A stretch of DNA of 64,000 nt from an uncultured delta proteobacterium (lineage in GTDB: Bacteria > Desulfobacterota > Binatia > UBA9968), in assembly GCA_963840855.1 (NCBI GenBank), contig CAWJBB010000065.1, positions 1 through 64,000 on the forward strand. Reading direction: 5' to 3'. A program made the position numbers and the translations under genes. Under the pieces are notes generated by a model that was not told where the DNA came from, did no database searches, and worked only from the letters and a program-made list of their open reading frames with translations. This document shows, one piece after another, positions 10,720 through 20,732 of the stretch (within the stretch, counting starts at the first letter, position 1; each line of letters opens with the position of its first letter).

Positions 10720-11487
10720 GTGGATGCTACTATCGTCGGGATTATCGTGTTCACATGTACGTTCGCGGGCGCCCTGCTCGGAATGTGGTTGCGCGCCGCC
10801 TTACCAGAGCATTGGCTCGACGCTGAGTCGAGAGACACGGTGAAGGTTGGCGTCGGGCTCATCGCCACGATGACCGCCCTCGTTCTTGGCCTCGTCACCG
10901 CCTCCGCCAAGAGTTCCTTTGATGCGGTGGACACAGCCGTGAAGCAAACCGCCACTCAACTCCTCGCTCTCGACCGCGTACTTGCTCGCTACGGGTCCGA
11001 GACCGGCGAGATTCGCAAGGGCTTGCAGCGCGTGGTTGGGGCGCGAATCGACATGATTTGGGGGCAGGGTTCATCCAAGCCAGCCAATCTGGACCCGATG
11101 ACCTCGGGCACAGGGTTGGCAGCTGAGCGACTCGCGGACGCACTCCGGGGTCTTAAGCCGCACGACGACTCCCAGCGGGCGCTCCAGGCGCGGGCGCTGG
11201 ACCTCACGGAAGCGATCTTACAAGCCAGGTGGCTTGCGATGACTGGCACCGGGTCGTCAATTCCTATGCCGTTCCTTGTGATCCTCCTGTTCTGGCTCAC
11301 GATCACATTCGCGAGCTTCGGGTTGTTCGCTCCGCGGAACGCCATGGTTGTAACCGTCCTCTTCGTTTGCTCGCTGTCTGTTGCCAGCGCCGTATTCCTC
11401 GTAGTGGAGATGGATGGGCCGTTCGAAGGCATGCTCAAGGTCTCCGCCGATGCGTTGCGCTACGCACATGCGCATCTGAATCAGTAG
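10720..11487 (+). CDS. DUF4239/bestrophin-like membrane protein
   Basis: VKVGVGLIATMTALVLGL..ASAKSSFD, FWLTITFASFGLFAP, LVVEMDGPFEG; GTG start after ggagg. Confidence 0.85.
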   Translation: MDATIVGIIVFTCTFAGALLGMWLRAALPEHWLDAESRDTVKVGVGLIATMTALVLGLVTASAKSSFDAVDTAVKQTATQLLALDRVLARYGSETGEIRKGLQRVVGARIDMIWGQGSSKPANLDPMTSGTGLAAERLADALRGLKPHDDSQRALQARALDLTEAILQARWLAMTGTGSSIPMPFLVILLFWLTITFASFGLFAPRNAMVVTVLFVCSLSVASAVFLVVEMDGPFEGMLKVSADALRYAHAHLNQ

Positions 11488-11635
11488 GTGCGTCACGGTC
11501 GCGTGCGTCCATTTAAGGCAGAGCGAGGACGAGAGCGCGCAATCGAATGTCAAGAGCAGATTACTGTAAGAGCAGTCCCCGCCCCAGCATTCCATTACTC
11601 CATTACTCCAACATGCCATTCTCTTGGAGGGGATT

Positions 11636-13605
11636 ATGTTGCACTTGATGATTCGTGGTGTGCGCAATCGCGCGAAGTTCTCTCTGAGCACTGTGCCGAT
11701 GCCGGTGCTGGCGCTTGTCGGGCTCGTCCTGCTTGCCGTGGGATGTGCTACGCCCGTGGGCGTGACACAGTTGGGCCTCCAGGCCGGCTATCGCCTCCAG
11801 ACCGAAAGCGCCCTCTCGGCGGGCGAGCCCTCTGAACCGTCCAAGACGGTGCTCAGGCGACTCGGGCTTCTGGACCGGTTCGAGGAGCAACCGGAGACGG
11901 TTCTCGCCGAACTGCATCGCGGATTGAGCCCAGCCGGTGACGAGGATCGCCTGTTTGCGCTGGCCGAGCTGTCCTTTCTCCACGCGCAACGGACAGGTGA
12001 CCGCGAGTATTTTCTGGCCTCGGCGGTGTATGCCTGGGCGTTGCTCTTCCCTGGCGAAGCGGCTGGTGCGCAGCTCCAACGGTCGGATCCCCGACTGCGG
12101 CTGGCGTACGATTTCTACAACCAAGGCGTGGCCCAGGGGCTGACTGGATCCCGAGAAAACACTCCCGGCGCTATAACTGATGAGACGGCCGAGGTACGAC
12201 TGCAACCCGGAACCCGGACTCTCCCGTTCGGCACTATGGAATTGACCCTGGACGAGTCCGGGTTATCGTGGGGTGGTTACCGGCTCGAACGATTCATCCC
12301 AACGACGACCCTCGAGGTTCGAGGCCTGAGAAACCGCTATTTCCATCCTGGCCTTGGGGCATCCCTTGCGGCGAGCCTTGCGCCGGGCGCAGCGTCGGCG
12401 AAAGTGGTCGGATCGGAGCGCCTCGGGCCTCTGATCAAGGTGCCGGTGACAGCATTGCTGCGTCTTGAGGACGCCCGCGCGAGCCTGGCCAGCGGGCGGG
12501 TCCGTGGGCGCCTTGAGGTTTACGCCGCAGACCACGCTTCGACCGTGACGGTGGATGGACAGGCGCAGCCTCTGGAATACGACCCGACAGCAGCCTTAGC
12601 TATTACCAGCTCGATAAGAGCCCGCTCTACGCCATAGAGATTGCCGCCTTTCTCAGAGCCGGCGTGTTCGCACAACACATCCCGCGCGACCGGACTCAAG
12701 ACGGTCTGTTTATGCTGCACCCATACAGCCCCGGTAAGATCCCGGTGGTGCTGGTGCACGGCACGCTGTCGAGCCCCGTGCGCTGGGCGGAGCTGGTGAA
12801 CGAGCTCGAGGGGGATCCGCGCATCCGCCAACGATTCCAGATCTGGATGTTTCTCTACGACACCGGCAACCCGATTGCCTACTCGGCTGGCCGGCTGCGG
12901 GCGGCCCTGACGGCCACGTTGCAGGAACTCGATCCCGAGGGGAAAGACCCCGCGCTCCGGCGCATGGTCGTGATCGGGCACAGCCAGGGGGGGCTTCTGA
13001 CGAAGTTAACCGCCATCGACAGCGGGACGCGATTCTGGGACAGCATCAGCAGCAAACCGTTCGATGCCATCGAGGTCAACCCCGAGACCCGCGCTCTTCT
13101 GCAACAGTCCGCCTTTTACACGCCTCTTCCTTTTGTCGCGAGGGTAGTGTTCGTGGCGACGCCTCACCACGGGGCGTTACTCGCCACCGGCCGGGTGGGC
13201 GCGACTGCTGCCTGGCTTGTAACCTTGCCGGTGGGGCTGCTCGGCCAGTTCGCCCAGGCCGCCCAGGCCGCCACGATGACCGGTGACGAGAAGCTGATCG
13301 CGGTCCTCCGGAGGCCTCCCACTGCCATCGACAACATGAATCCGAGCAACCCAGGCCTCCAGATCCTGCAGTCCATCCCGGTTTCGTCCCGAATTCCGGC
13401 GCACTCGATCATCGCGGTAGAGGGTGATGGGCCGAAGGAACAAGGGGATGACGGAGTCGTCGCCTACACCAGCGCGCACATCGACGAGGCGGTCTCCGAA
13501 CTGGTGGTGCGTTCAAGTCACTCAGTGCAGGGAAATCCACAGGCCATCGAAGAGATCCGGCGCATCCTGCTTGAACACGCGGCGGTGCCGGGAGAAAGTC
13601 GCTAG
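11636..13605 (+). pseudogene. Lipoprotein esterase/lipase (alpha/beta hydrolase), frameshifted
   Basis: Lipobox AVGC in ORF1; VVLVHG, GHSQGG, TPHHG and DDGVV in ORF2. A shift at ~12602 restores AALAYQLDKSPLYAIEIAAFL. Confidence 0.8.
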
Positions 13606-14152
13606 AGTCGAATGTGCGCGCGCTCCAGCCACTCCACAGAGTCGTATGCCGAAATCATCGAAGCAGCGCGCCAAACTCTATCTGTACACCCTGGGGAGCG
13701 ATGAAGCGGCTAGCCGCTCGGGCGGAGGTGAGAAATGAACTTCCATTCAATGCGGGTTCCGACGCTTGCGGAAGTCACATGAGGCCACTGGGCCAGTTTA
13801 CTATTTGATTTCTTCTCCGATTCGCTATGATGTCACGTAGTAATTTTCTAGATCAGTGCCGCTGAACAATCCAGTTCAAACCTATCCGTTCAGTTCAATC
13901 TTGAGCGGAAGATAAATTCGGTACACGGTGTAGCAGCCAGGTCACGCTGTTCAGCTGGCAGGTATATTGGGGAATATGCTGACCAGGTATATTGAAGGAA
14001 CGCTAACGAAAACTGATTGACAACTCTTTGATCAACAGGATAAATCTCGCGGAGCTGTGATTTTTCGGGTCGGTAATATACTGGTCAGTATACTACTGGT
14101 TATGCGTCCCGTGCAGAAACCGAGCGTTTTATACTCTGACCGAAAGGCAATT

Positions 14153-15316
14153 ATGGACGTTGTTCAGAGACAATTATCGAAATCCTTTAAGGCATTCTTC
14201 GATTCGGAGAAATCGAGCGGCATTTTGCTGATTATTTGCACGGCTGTTTCGCTCTTGCTTGCCAACTCAATTATCGGTGCAAATTATCTGAGCATTTGGC
14301 AGATGTATGTCGCAGGTCTCAGCATAGAGCATTGGATTAACGATGCGCTGATGGCGGTTTTCTTTCTGCTTATCGGCTTGGAACTCGAACGCGAGCTTTA
14401 CAACGGCGAACTCTCGACCTTCAAAAACGCGCTGCTGCCGATTTTCGCGGCAATCGGCGGTATCTGTTTGCCCGCTTTGATTCATTTTGTCTTGAATTCG
14501 GGAACGCCGACGCAAGCCGGGATCGGGATTCCGATGGCGACCGACATCGCTTTTGCCTTGGGCGTTCTCGCGCTTTTGGGAAGCCGCGTTCCCGCGTCCT
14601 TGAAAGTTTTTTTGACCGCGCTCGCCGTGATGGACGATTTAGGCGCGATTATCGTTATCGCCGTTTTCTACACGGCGCAACTTTCGATTGCATATTTAAT
14701 TGGCGCGATGGCTGTTTGGGGTTTGCTCGTCGTGCTAAATCGTTTTTTTCGCATGATGTCGCTCGTTCCGTATTTGCTCGGCGGCGCGTTGCTGTGGTTT
14801 TTGATGTTGAAATCTGGCGTTCACGCGACAATTGCCGGAGTTTTGCTGGCTTTTGCAATTCCTTTTTCCGCCAAAGAAGACGACGAAGAATCGCCTTCAC
14901 ACAAACTTGAGCATTTTCTGCACAAACCCGTCGCTTTCGTAATTCTGCCGACTTTCGCGCTGGCGAATACTGGAATCGTTATCGGCGCGGATTGGGCGCA
15001 AAACTTAACGAGCGCAAACAGCTCAGGAATAATCGGCGGTTTGGTCTTGGGCAAACCTTTGGGCATCACGCTGTTGAGTTTCGTCGCCGTTGCAATCGGC
15101 ATTTGCAAGTTGCCGCTCGATTTAAATTGGTGGCACGTTTTCGGCGCGGGACTGCTTGGCGGCATCGGTTTCACGATGTCAATTTTTATTACGAATCTGG
15201 CTTTTGTCGGAAACTTGGAAACTATAAATACCTCGAAAATGGCAATCTTGCTGGCTTCGTTAACGGCTGGGACAATTGGTTTTCTGTGGCTGAAACTGCT
15301 CGGCAAACCCTTATGA
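14153..15316 (+). CDS. nhaA: Na+/H+ antiporter NhaA
   Basis: HWINDALMAVFF, GIPMATDIAF, LAVMDDLGAI, SGVHATIAGV, GIGFTMSIFI. Confidence 0.95.
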   Translation: MDVVQRQLSKSFKAFFDSEKSSGILLIICTAVSLLLANSIIGANYLSIWQMYVAGLSIEHWINDALMAVFFLLIGLELERELYNGELSTFKNALLPIFAAIGGICLPALIHFVLNSGTPTQAGIGIPMATDIAFALGVLALLGSRVPASLKVFLTALAVMDDLGAIIVIAVFYTAQLSIAYLIGAMAVWGLLVVLNRFFRMMSLVPYLLGGALLWFLMLKSGVHATIAGVLLAFAIPFSAKEDDEESPSHKLEHFLHKPVAFVILPTFALANTGIVIGADWAQNLTSANSSGIIGGLVLGKPLGITLLSFVAVAIGICKLPLDLNWWHVFGAGLLGGIGFTMSIFITNLAFVGNLETINTSKMAILLASLTAGTIGFLWLKLLGKPL

Positions 15317-15404
15317 GGCGCTGGAGGCGACGGGCCACAGCGTACGCTTTTTGGCACGCGTGAGTCTGTACCGTGTGGCCCGCGCCTCAGCTTGAGCGTT
15401 CGGC
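15308..15404 (+). mobile_element. Solo attC-like integron recombination site
   Basis: R''(cccttat, degenerate)-5 nt-L''(gctggagg)...L'(cctcagc)-6 nt-R'(gttcggc), with an extrahelical G and an inner stem gggccaca/tgtggccc. Confidence 0.6.
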
Positions 15405-15485
15405 CCAGCGTCAGCAGCAAGGTGACGAGAACGACGAGGAGGGCGGGGAGAGCTGTACACTTGCGGGTGAGGAACGGGAGGTCGG

Positions 15486-15968
15486 ATGACCGCGGAAAGC
15501 CTGCTGATCACCTATGTTCAGATCGGTGTCGCGATCTCCGGCTTCTCCGGCATCGTCGTATCCCTCGGGAACCGCGGGCGGGGCGAGTGGTCCTACCACG
15601 AGCGCCAGCTCTTGTATGTCCTGCTCAGGATGAGCGGCGGGTGCACGCTACTCAGCGCCTTACCCCTGGTCTTGGCCTCCACCGGGCTCGCCGAGCCGAC
15701 CGTGTGGTCCGCCAGCAGCGGCTGCTCGGTGGTCCTGCAACTCTGGCTCATGGTGGCTCGGGCGCGGCAGGTCGACGCGGAGACGCTCGCCCGAGAGCGG
15801 TGGGTGGTCGCCGGGGGATTCGCCGGCGGGGTGGTGTGCGTGGCGGCGCAGCTGGTGAACTGCGTCTGGCTGGGTGTCGCCTGGCCGCACCTGGCCGCGA
15901 TCACGTGGCACCTCGTCGTGTCCTTCATCGTCTTCGTGCGACTCGTCCAACCTGAGGCCCAGCCCTGA
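15486..15968 (+). CDS. Hypothetical membrane protein (~5 TM)
   Basis: RBS ggagg, hydrophobic segments, GC-rich codon usage; lies just downstream of the attC-like site. Confidence 0.75.
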   Translation: MTAESLLITYVQIGVAISGFSGIVVSLGNRGRGEWSYHERQLLYVLLRMSGGCTLLSALPLVLASTGLAEPTVWSASSGCSVVLQLWLMVARARQVDAETLARERWVVAGGFAGGVVCVAAQLVNCVWLGVAWPHLAAITWHLVVSFIVFVRLVQPEAQP

Positions 15969-16222
15969 GGCCTCGGCCTTGTGGCAATCCGGCCCAAGCA
16001 GCGCAAAAAGCAGAAGCTGTCATTTCGTAAGGAACTTAGAACAATTAAATAAGGGCATCCCCGATACCAGACTGCTGCTGCTTCGATAATCTGTTTTCGG
16101 ACGTTCATTTTCTTTTGTCACTGATGGTGATGCATTCACCACAATTGATCGAGAGCGGTGGACAGTTATAGGCAAACTATATAATGATAAAGGGTCAGAA
16201 TAATTGAATTGGAGAAGGTCAA

Positions 16223-18550
16223 ATGTTTGACGCGAAAAAAATGGAAAAGCAGGACTCTCTACCGTTTCCACCAACGCCATCGGCCAGTGTTGCTGGGCGG
16301 ACCATGCAAGAGTCGATCTATAAGCAACGGGTGAAGCAGCGTCGACTTCCAGCCGATGCTCCAAACATTCTCATCGTGCTGATTGACGACGCAGGCCCTG
16401 GCCTCCCGTCCACCTTCGGCGGCGAGGTCAACACCCCGACAATGGATCGCATCGTCAAAGAAGGTATCGCGTACAACCGATTCCACACGGCAGCGATGTG
16501 CTCGCCGACGCGGGCGGCACTATTGACCGGACGCAATCATCACAGGGTAGGGAACGGCCAAATCGCGGAGCTGGCGAATGAGTGGGATGGCTATTCTGGC
16601 CGTATTCCCAGGAGCAGTGCTCTCGTGGCAGAAGTGCTGAAGGCTTATGGCTATGCCACAGGCGCCTGGGGGAAGTGGCACAACACGCCCGCAGAGGAAA
16701 CTACCCCTGCGGGTCCGTTCGAGAACTGGCCTACAGGCCTCGGCTTCGAATATTTCTACGGGTTCCTCGCCGGTGAGGCCTCGCACTATGAGCCGAACCT
16801 GGTCCGCAACACAACCTACGTGTCGCAGCCGAAAACCGTGGAGGAGGGCTACCACCTCAGCGAAGACCTCGCCGATGACGCCATTGGCTGGCTGCAAAGG
16901 CAGAAGGCCTTCCAGCCGGACAAGCCATTCTTCATGTACTGGGCGAGCGGCGCGATCCATGGACCGTTCCACATCATGAAGGAGTGGGCGGAAAAATATA
17001 AGGGCAAGTTTGACGACGGCTGGGACGCCTACCGCGAGCGCGCTTTCAAGCGCGCCAAGGAGAAAGGTTGGATTCCCCGCGATGCTCAACTCACCCCGCG
17101 GCACGAATCGATGCCGTCCTGGGACAGCATCCCCGAGGAAGAAAGACCCTTCCAGCGCCGCCTGATGGAGCTGGCGGCAGGTTTCACCGAGCACGTGGAT
17201 GTTCAGGTCGGAAGGATTGTGGAGGAGATCGACAAGCTCGGCTATGGCCAGAACACGCTAATCTTTTACATCTGGGGCGACAACGGTTCTTCGGCGGAGG
17301 GCCAGGGCGGCACTATCAGCGAATTGATAGCGCAAAATGGCATTCCCAGCACGGTCAAGCAGCACATCGAGGCGCTTGAGAAACTTGGGGGCCTTGATGC
17401 GCTTGGCTCTCCGAAGACCGATCCTCAGTACCATGCAGGATGGGCGTGGGCTGGCAGCACCCCATATAAGGGCACAAAGCTGTTGGCTTCGCATTTCGGC
17501 GGCACTCGTAATCCGATGGCAATCCGATGGCCAGCGAAGATCAAACCCGATCCGACCCCGCGGACGCAATTTCATCACGTGAACGATGTCGTCCCGACCA
17601 TCTACGAGGTCCTCGGTATCACCCCACCGCGCACGGTCAACGGCGTGGAGCAAGATCCTATCGACGGTGTGAGTTTCGCGTACTCTTTTGATGACTCGAA
17701 GGCCAAGGGCCAACTGCTCACCCAATACTTCGAAGTTATGGGTAGCCGCGCAATCTATCACGACGGCTGGATGGCCAGCGCCTTCGGCCCGCGGGTGCCG
17801 TGGGTTCCGGGGCTACCGCCTGGCATTCAGGAGTGGACGCCAGACAAGGATGTCTGGGAACTATACAACCTCGACGAGGACTGGAGCCAAGCCAACGACC
17901 TGGCGTCCAGGATGCCTGAGAAGCTGGCGCAGATGAAGGAAATCTTCCTCATCGAAGCCGCGAAGAATAAAGCGCTGCCGATTGGCGGAGGGCTTTGGAT
18001 TCCGATACTTCACCCGGAGTTGCGCATCGCCCCTGAGTATACGGAGTGGAGCTTCCCTGGCAATACCGTCCGAATGCCGGAGTTCTGCGCCCCGGCGCTG
18101 GGTAACAAACCCAACGTGGTCACGATTGACGCCGTAATCCCCGACAATGCCAATGGTGTGCTTTACAAATTGGGCGCGAATTCAGGAGGTCTCACCTGCT
18201 TCGTGGAGAACGGCATCCTGTGTTACGAGTACAACCTTTTTATCATTCAGCGTACAAAGATCCGCGCCCGGGGAAAACTGCCGACTGGCAATGTGAAAAT
18301 CGAAATCGAGACCAGCTACCTTGTGCCTCGTCCCGGCGGTGCGTTGAAGATAGCCATGAAGGTCGACGGCAGCCTCGTTGCCGAAGGCACGGTGCCCATC
18401 AGCGCGCCGCTAATCTTCACCGCCAATGACTGCCTCGACATTGGGATTTCGCTCGGATCGCCGGTCTCGCTCGACTATTGCGACAAGGCGCCATTCAAAT
18501 TCAACGGAACAATCGAACAGCTTCATGTAAAGTATGCCACGGCAAACTAG
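16223..18550 (+). CDS. Arylsulfatase (Cys-type formylglycine sulfatase)
   Basis: PNILIVLIDD, CSPTRAALLTGR, GKWH, WGDNG; C-terminal LamG-like domain. Confidence 0.93.
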   Translation: MFDAKKMEKQDSLPFPPTPSASVAGRTMQESIYKQRVKQRRLPADAPNILIVLIDDAGPGLPSTFGGEVNTPTMDRIVKEGIAYNRFHTAAMCSPTRAALLTGRNHHRVGNGQIAELANEWDGYSGRIPRSSALVAEVLKAYGYATGAWGKWHNTPAEETTPAGPFENWPTGLGFEYFYGFLAGEASHYEPNLVRNTTYVSQPKTVEEGYHLSEDLADDAIGWLQRQKAFQPDKPFFMYWASGAIHGPFHIMKEWAEKYKGKFDDGWDAYRERAFKRAKEKGWIPRDAQLTPRHESMPSWDSIPEEERPFQRRLMELAAGFTEHVDVQVGRIVEEIDKLGYGQNTLIFYIWGDNGSSAEGQGGTISELIAQNGIPSTVKQHIEALEKLGGLDALGSPKTDPQYHAGWAWAGSTPYKGTKLLASHFGGTRNPMAIRWPAKIKPDPTPRTQFHHVNDVVPTIYEVLGITPPRTVNGVEQDPIDGVSFAYSFDDSKAKGQLLTQYFEVMGSRAIYHDGWMASAFGPRVPWVPGLPPGIQEWTPDKDVWELYNLDEDWSQANDLASRMPEKLAQMKEIFLIEAAKNKALPIGGGLWIPILHPELRIAPEYTEWSFPGNTVRMPEFCAPALGNKPNVVTIDAVIPDNANGVLYKLGANSGGLTCFVENGILCYEYNLFIIQRTKIRARGKLPTGNVKIEIETSYLVPRPGGALKIAMKVDGSLVAEGTVPISAPLIFTANDCLDIGISLGSPVSLDYCDKAPFKFNGTIEQLHVKYATAN

Positions 18551-19197
18551 TTGGCCCCGGACGGAAAATTATCCGGGCGCTTCGCGGATGCTAATACAGG
18601 TACTCCAACAATGAGCGCGGCGGAGGCCCAGGCGCGGTTGATGGCAGGCAACGACCGCTTCCAAAACGACAAGACCAGCCATCCGCTCCTTCACTCCACG
18701 CGGCGCGAGGAGCTGGTCGGCGGTCAGTCACCATTCGCGGTCATTCTTTCGTGCTCGGACTCGCGCGTTCCCCCGGAGCTGATCTTCGACGAGGGGTTGG
18801 GCGGTCTCTTCGTCGTGCGCATCGCGGGCAACACCGTCACTCGCGCCGGCCTGGAGAGTATCGAGTACGCAGTCACGACCTGGGCACAAACCTGATCATG
18901 GTTTTAGGGCACGACGAGTGCGGCGCGGTGAAAGGCGCGATAGGCGAGTGCTCAAGCAAACCGGATACCGGACTGCCGGAAATCTTCGCCAACATCTGCC
19001 CGGCGGTTGACCTCGCGCGCAAGAAAAGCGCCGACAATCTTGAATCCCGCGCGATCGATCTCAACGTGATCGAGCAGGTGAAGATCCTTACGCAGTCGCC
19101 GCTGTTCAAGAAGCGCGTCGCCGACGGTAGCCTTAAGGTCCTTGGCGCCCGCTACAATCTGCAGAGCGGTAAAGTCGAGATTCTCGATGCGCGGTGA
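18551..19197 (+). pseudogene. Beta-carbonic anhydrase, frameshifted
   Basis: LMAGNDRF, CSDSRVPPELIFD in one frame and VLGHDECGAVKG...GARYNLQSGKV in another; shift near 18875. Confidence 0.85.
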
Positions 19198-19338
19198 CTG
19201 AACCCGGGCAAGCGCATACGAATGCCGGCTGCAGGGCGACTGGTGCGCTGACATTGGAACCAACGTGCGGCTGAGGCAAGCAGGGATGCGCGCTACTCGT
19301 TAGGCTGGAGAAAGGGAAAGGAGGAGTGACAATTCCAT

Positions 19339-19355
19339 ATTGGACCAAAGTCCCA
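19339..19355. promoter_or_regulatory. Putative response-regulator operator (near-palindrome)
   Basis: attggaccaaagtccca, similar to the perfect palindrome at 28883-28900. Confidence 0.4.
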
Positions 19356-19369
19356 CCGCAATTTTACGG

Positions 19370-19613
19370 CACCAAGCTGATGACGCCCAAGCTGATCGAA
19401 TTGCTCAGCAGCATCGCGTTTGATGCCTCCTATACCCACATGTACGCGCCGGGGACCCGACGGCATATCAAAGCCGCCCTGAAACTGGGAGCAACTATGG
19501 AAGAAATTATGGAAGTGCTCAAACTGTGCGTGGTGCAAGGCGTTCAGGCCTGCAATCTAGGAGTGCCGATCCTCGCCGAGGAAATCGCGCAACTCTCGAC
19601 CGAAGGTCGCTAA
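19370..19613 (+). pseudogene. Carboxymuconolactone decarboxylase (AhpD-like) C-terminal fragment
   Basis: PKLIELL..AFDASYTHMYAPGTRRHIKAALKLGATMEEIMEVL; no plausible native N-terminus. Confidence 0.7.
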
Positions 19614-19644
19614 CGCTAGAGCTAGCCGCAATAGGAGGTTCGCT

Positions 19645-20355
19645 ATGATCACTCGCAATCGTACGATATCAATCTTTTTCGCTATAGCCGTGCTTGCCGG
19701 ATGCGCCTCGACGAATCTCACTCAGCAAACACCCATGGCGAGCCCCGGGCTCGCCCGCCCCAATCAAATCTGGGTCTATGACTTCACCGCCGACCCGGCC
19801 AAGGTCCCCGCCGATTCCTATATTAGCGCCGATCTCAGTGCGCCGACCACGCCTCCGACCGCCGAGGAACTGGAAACCGGGCGAAAGCTTGGAGCCCTCA
19901 TCGCAAAAGAACTTGTTGCGCATATTCAGGCCATGGGTCTTCCCGCAGTGCAAGCCGGTCCGGGAGCAGCGCCACAAGTTGGCGAGGGTGTAATGCGTGG
20001 CTATTTGGTCTCGGTCCAGGCCGGCAGTGGGACCAAGCGTTTTGTGATTGGATTCGGCGCCGGGAGCTCGGAAATGTATACGGTGGTGGAAGGCTACGAG
20101 GTGACGCCCGAGGGCTTAAAGAAAGTTGGATCAGGGACGCTTAGTTCGTCTGGAAACAAGACGCCCGGAATTATCGCGCCGGCCGCGGTCGCGATTGCGA
20201 CCGGCAATCCGCTAGGACTGATCGTGGTTGGCGCGACGCAGATTTATGGCGAGGCGAGTGGCAGCAATACGCTTGAAGGGAGAGCCAAGGCGACCGCCGA
20301 CGCAATTGCAGAGCAGCTAAAGATCAGGTTCCGGAACCGCGGCTGGATAAGTTGA
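19645..20355 (+). CDS. DUF4410-like lipoprotein
   Basis: RBS aggaggt, lipobox LAGC, RPNQIWVYDF, KRFVIGFGAG. Confidence 0.85.
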   Translation: MITRNRTISIFFAIAVLAGCASTNLTQQTPMASPGLARPNQIWVYDFTADPAKVPADSYISADLSAPTTPPTAEELETGRKLGALIAKELVAHIQAMGLPAVQAGPGAAPQVGEGVMRGYLVSVQAGSGTKRFVIGFGAGSSEMYTVVEGYEVTPEGLKKVGSGTLSSSGNKTPGIIAPAAVAIATGNPLGLIVVGATQIYGEASGSNTLEGRAKATADAIAEQLKIRFRNRGWIS

Positions 20356-20732
20356 GAATCGGACCGCGCGAATTGAGCGTCTCCGCTTGCGGAGACTCTC
20401 AAGCTTACAAACGCGCAGCTCTCCAGTCGCGACAGCGAAAACGGTTGCAAGCGAGTTTCAGCATATCGTCAAGGCCGGCGATAGCTTGGTCAGCATCGGC
20501 GCTCGCAATGGTATAGAGAACGGTCGTACAACGGGAGCCCGCAACAGAGCTTCATCCGCCTTTCGCAGGCAAGCCTGATCCAATTGCGTGACAGTCTGCA
20601 GGCTGAGGCCACCACGACAGCGCTCCCACAGCCTGCGCCAACTCTTCCTGGGCATGACAAATAGGTCGCCAGCCGAACATAACCCAGATTGGTCAAGGCG
20701 TCATCAACGGCGGCATGGGCGCTATAGGCCGG

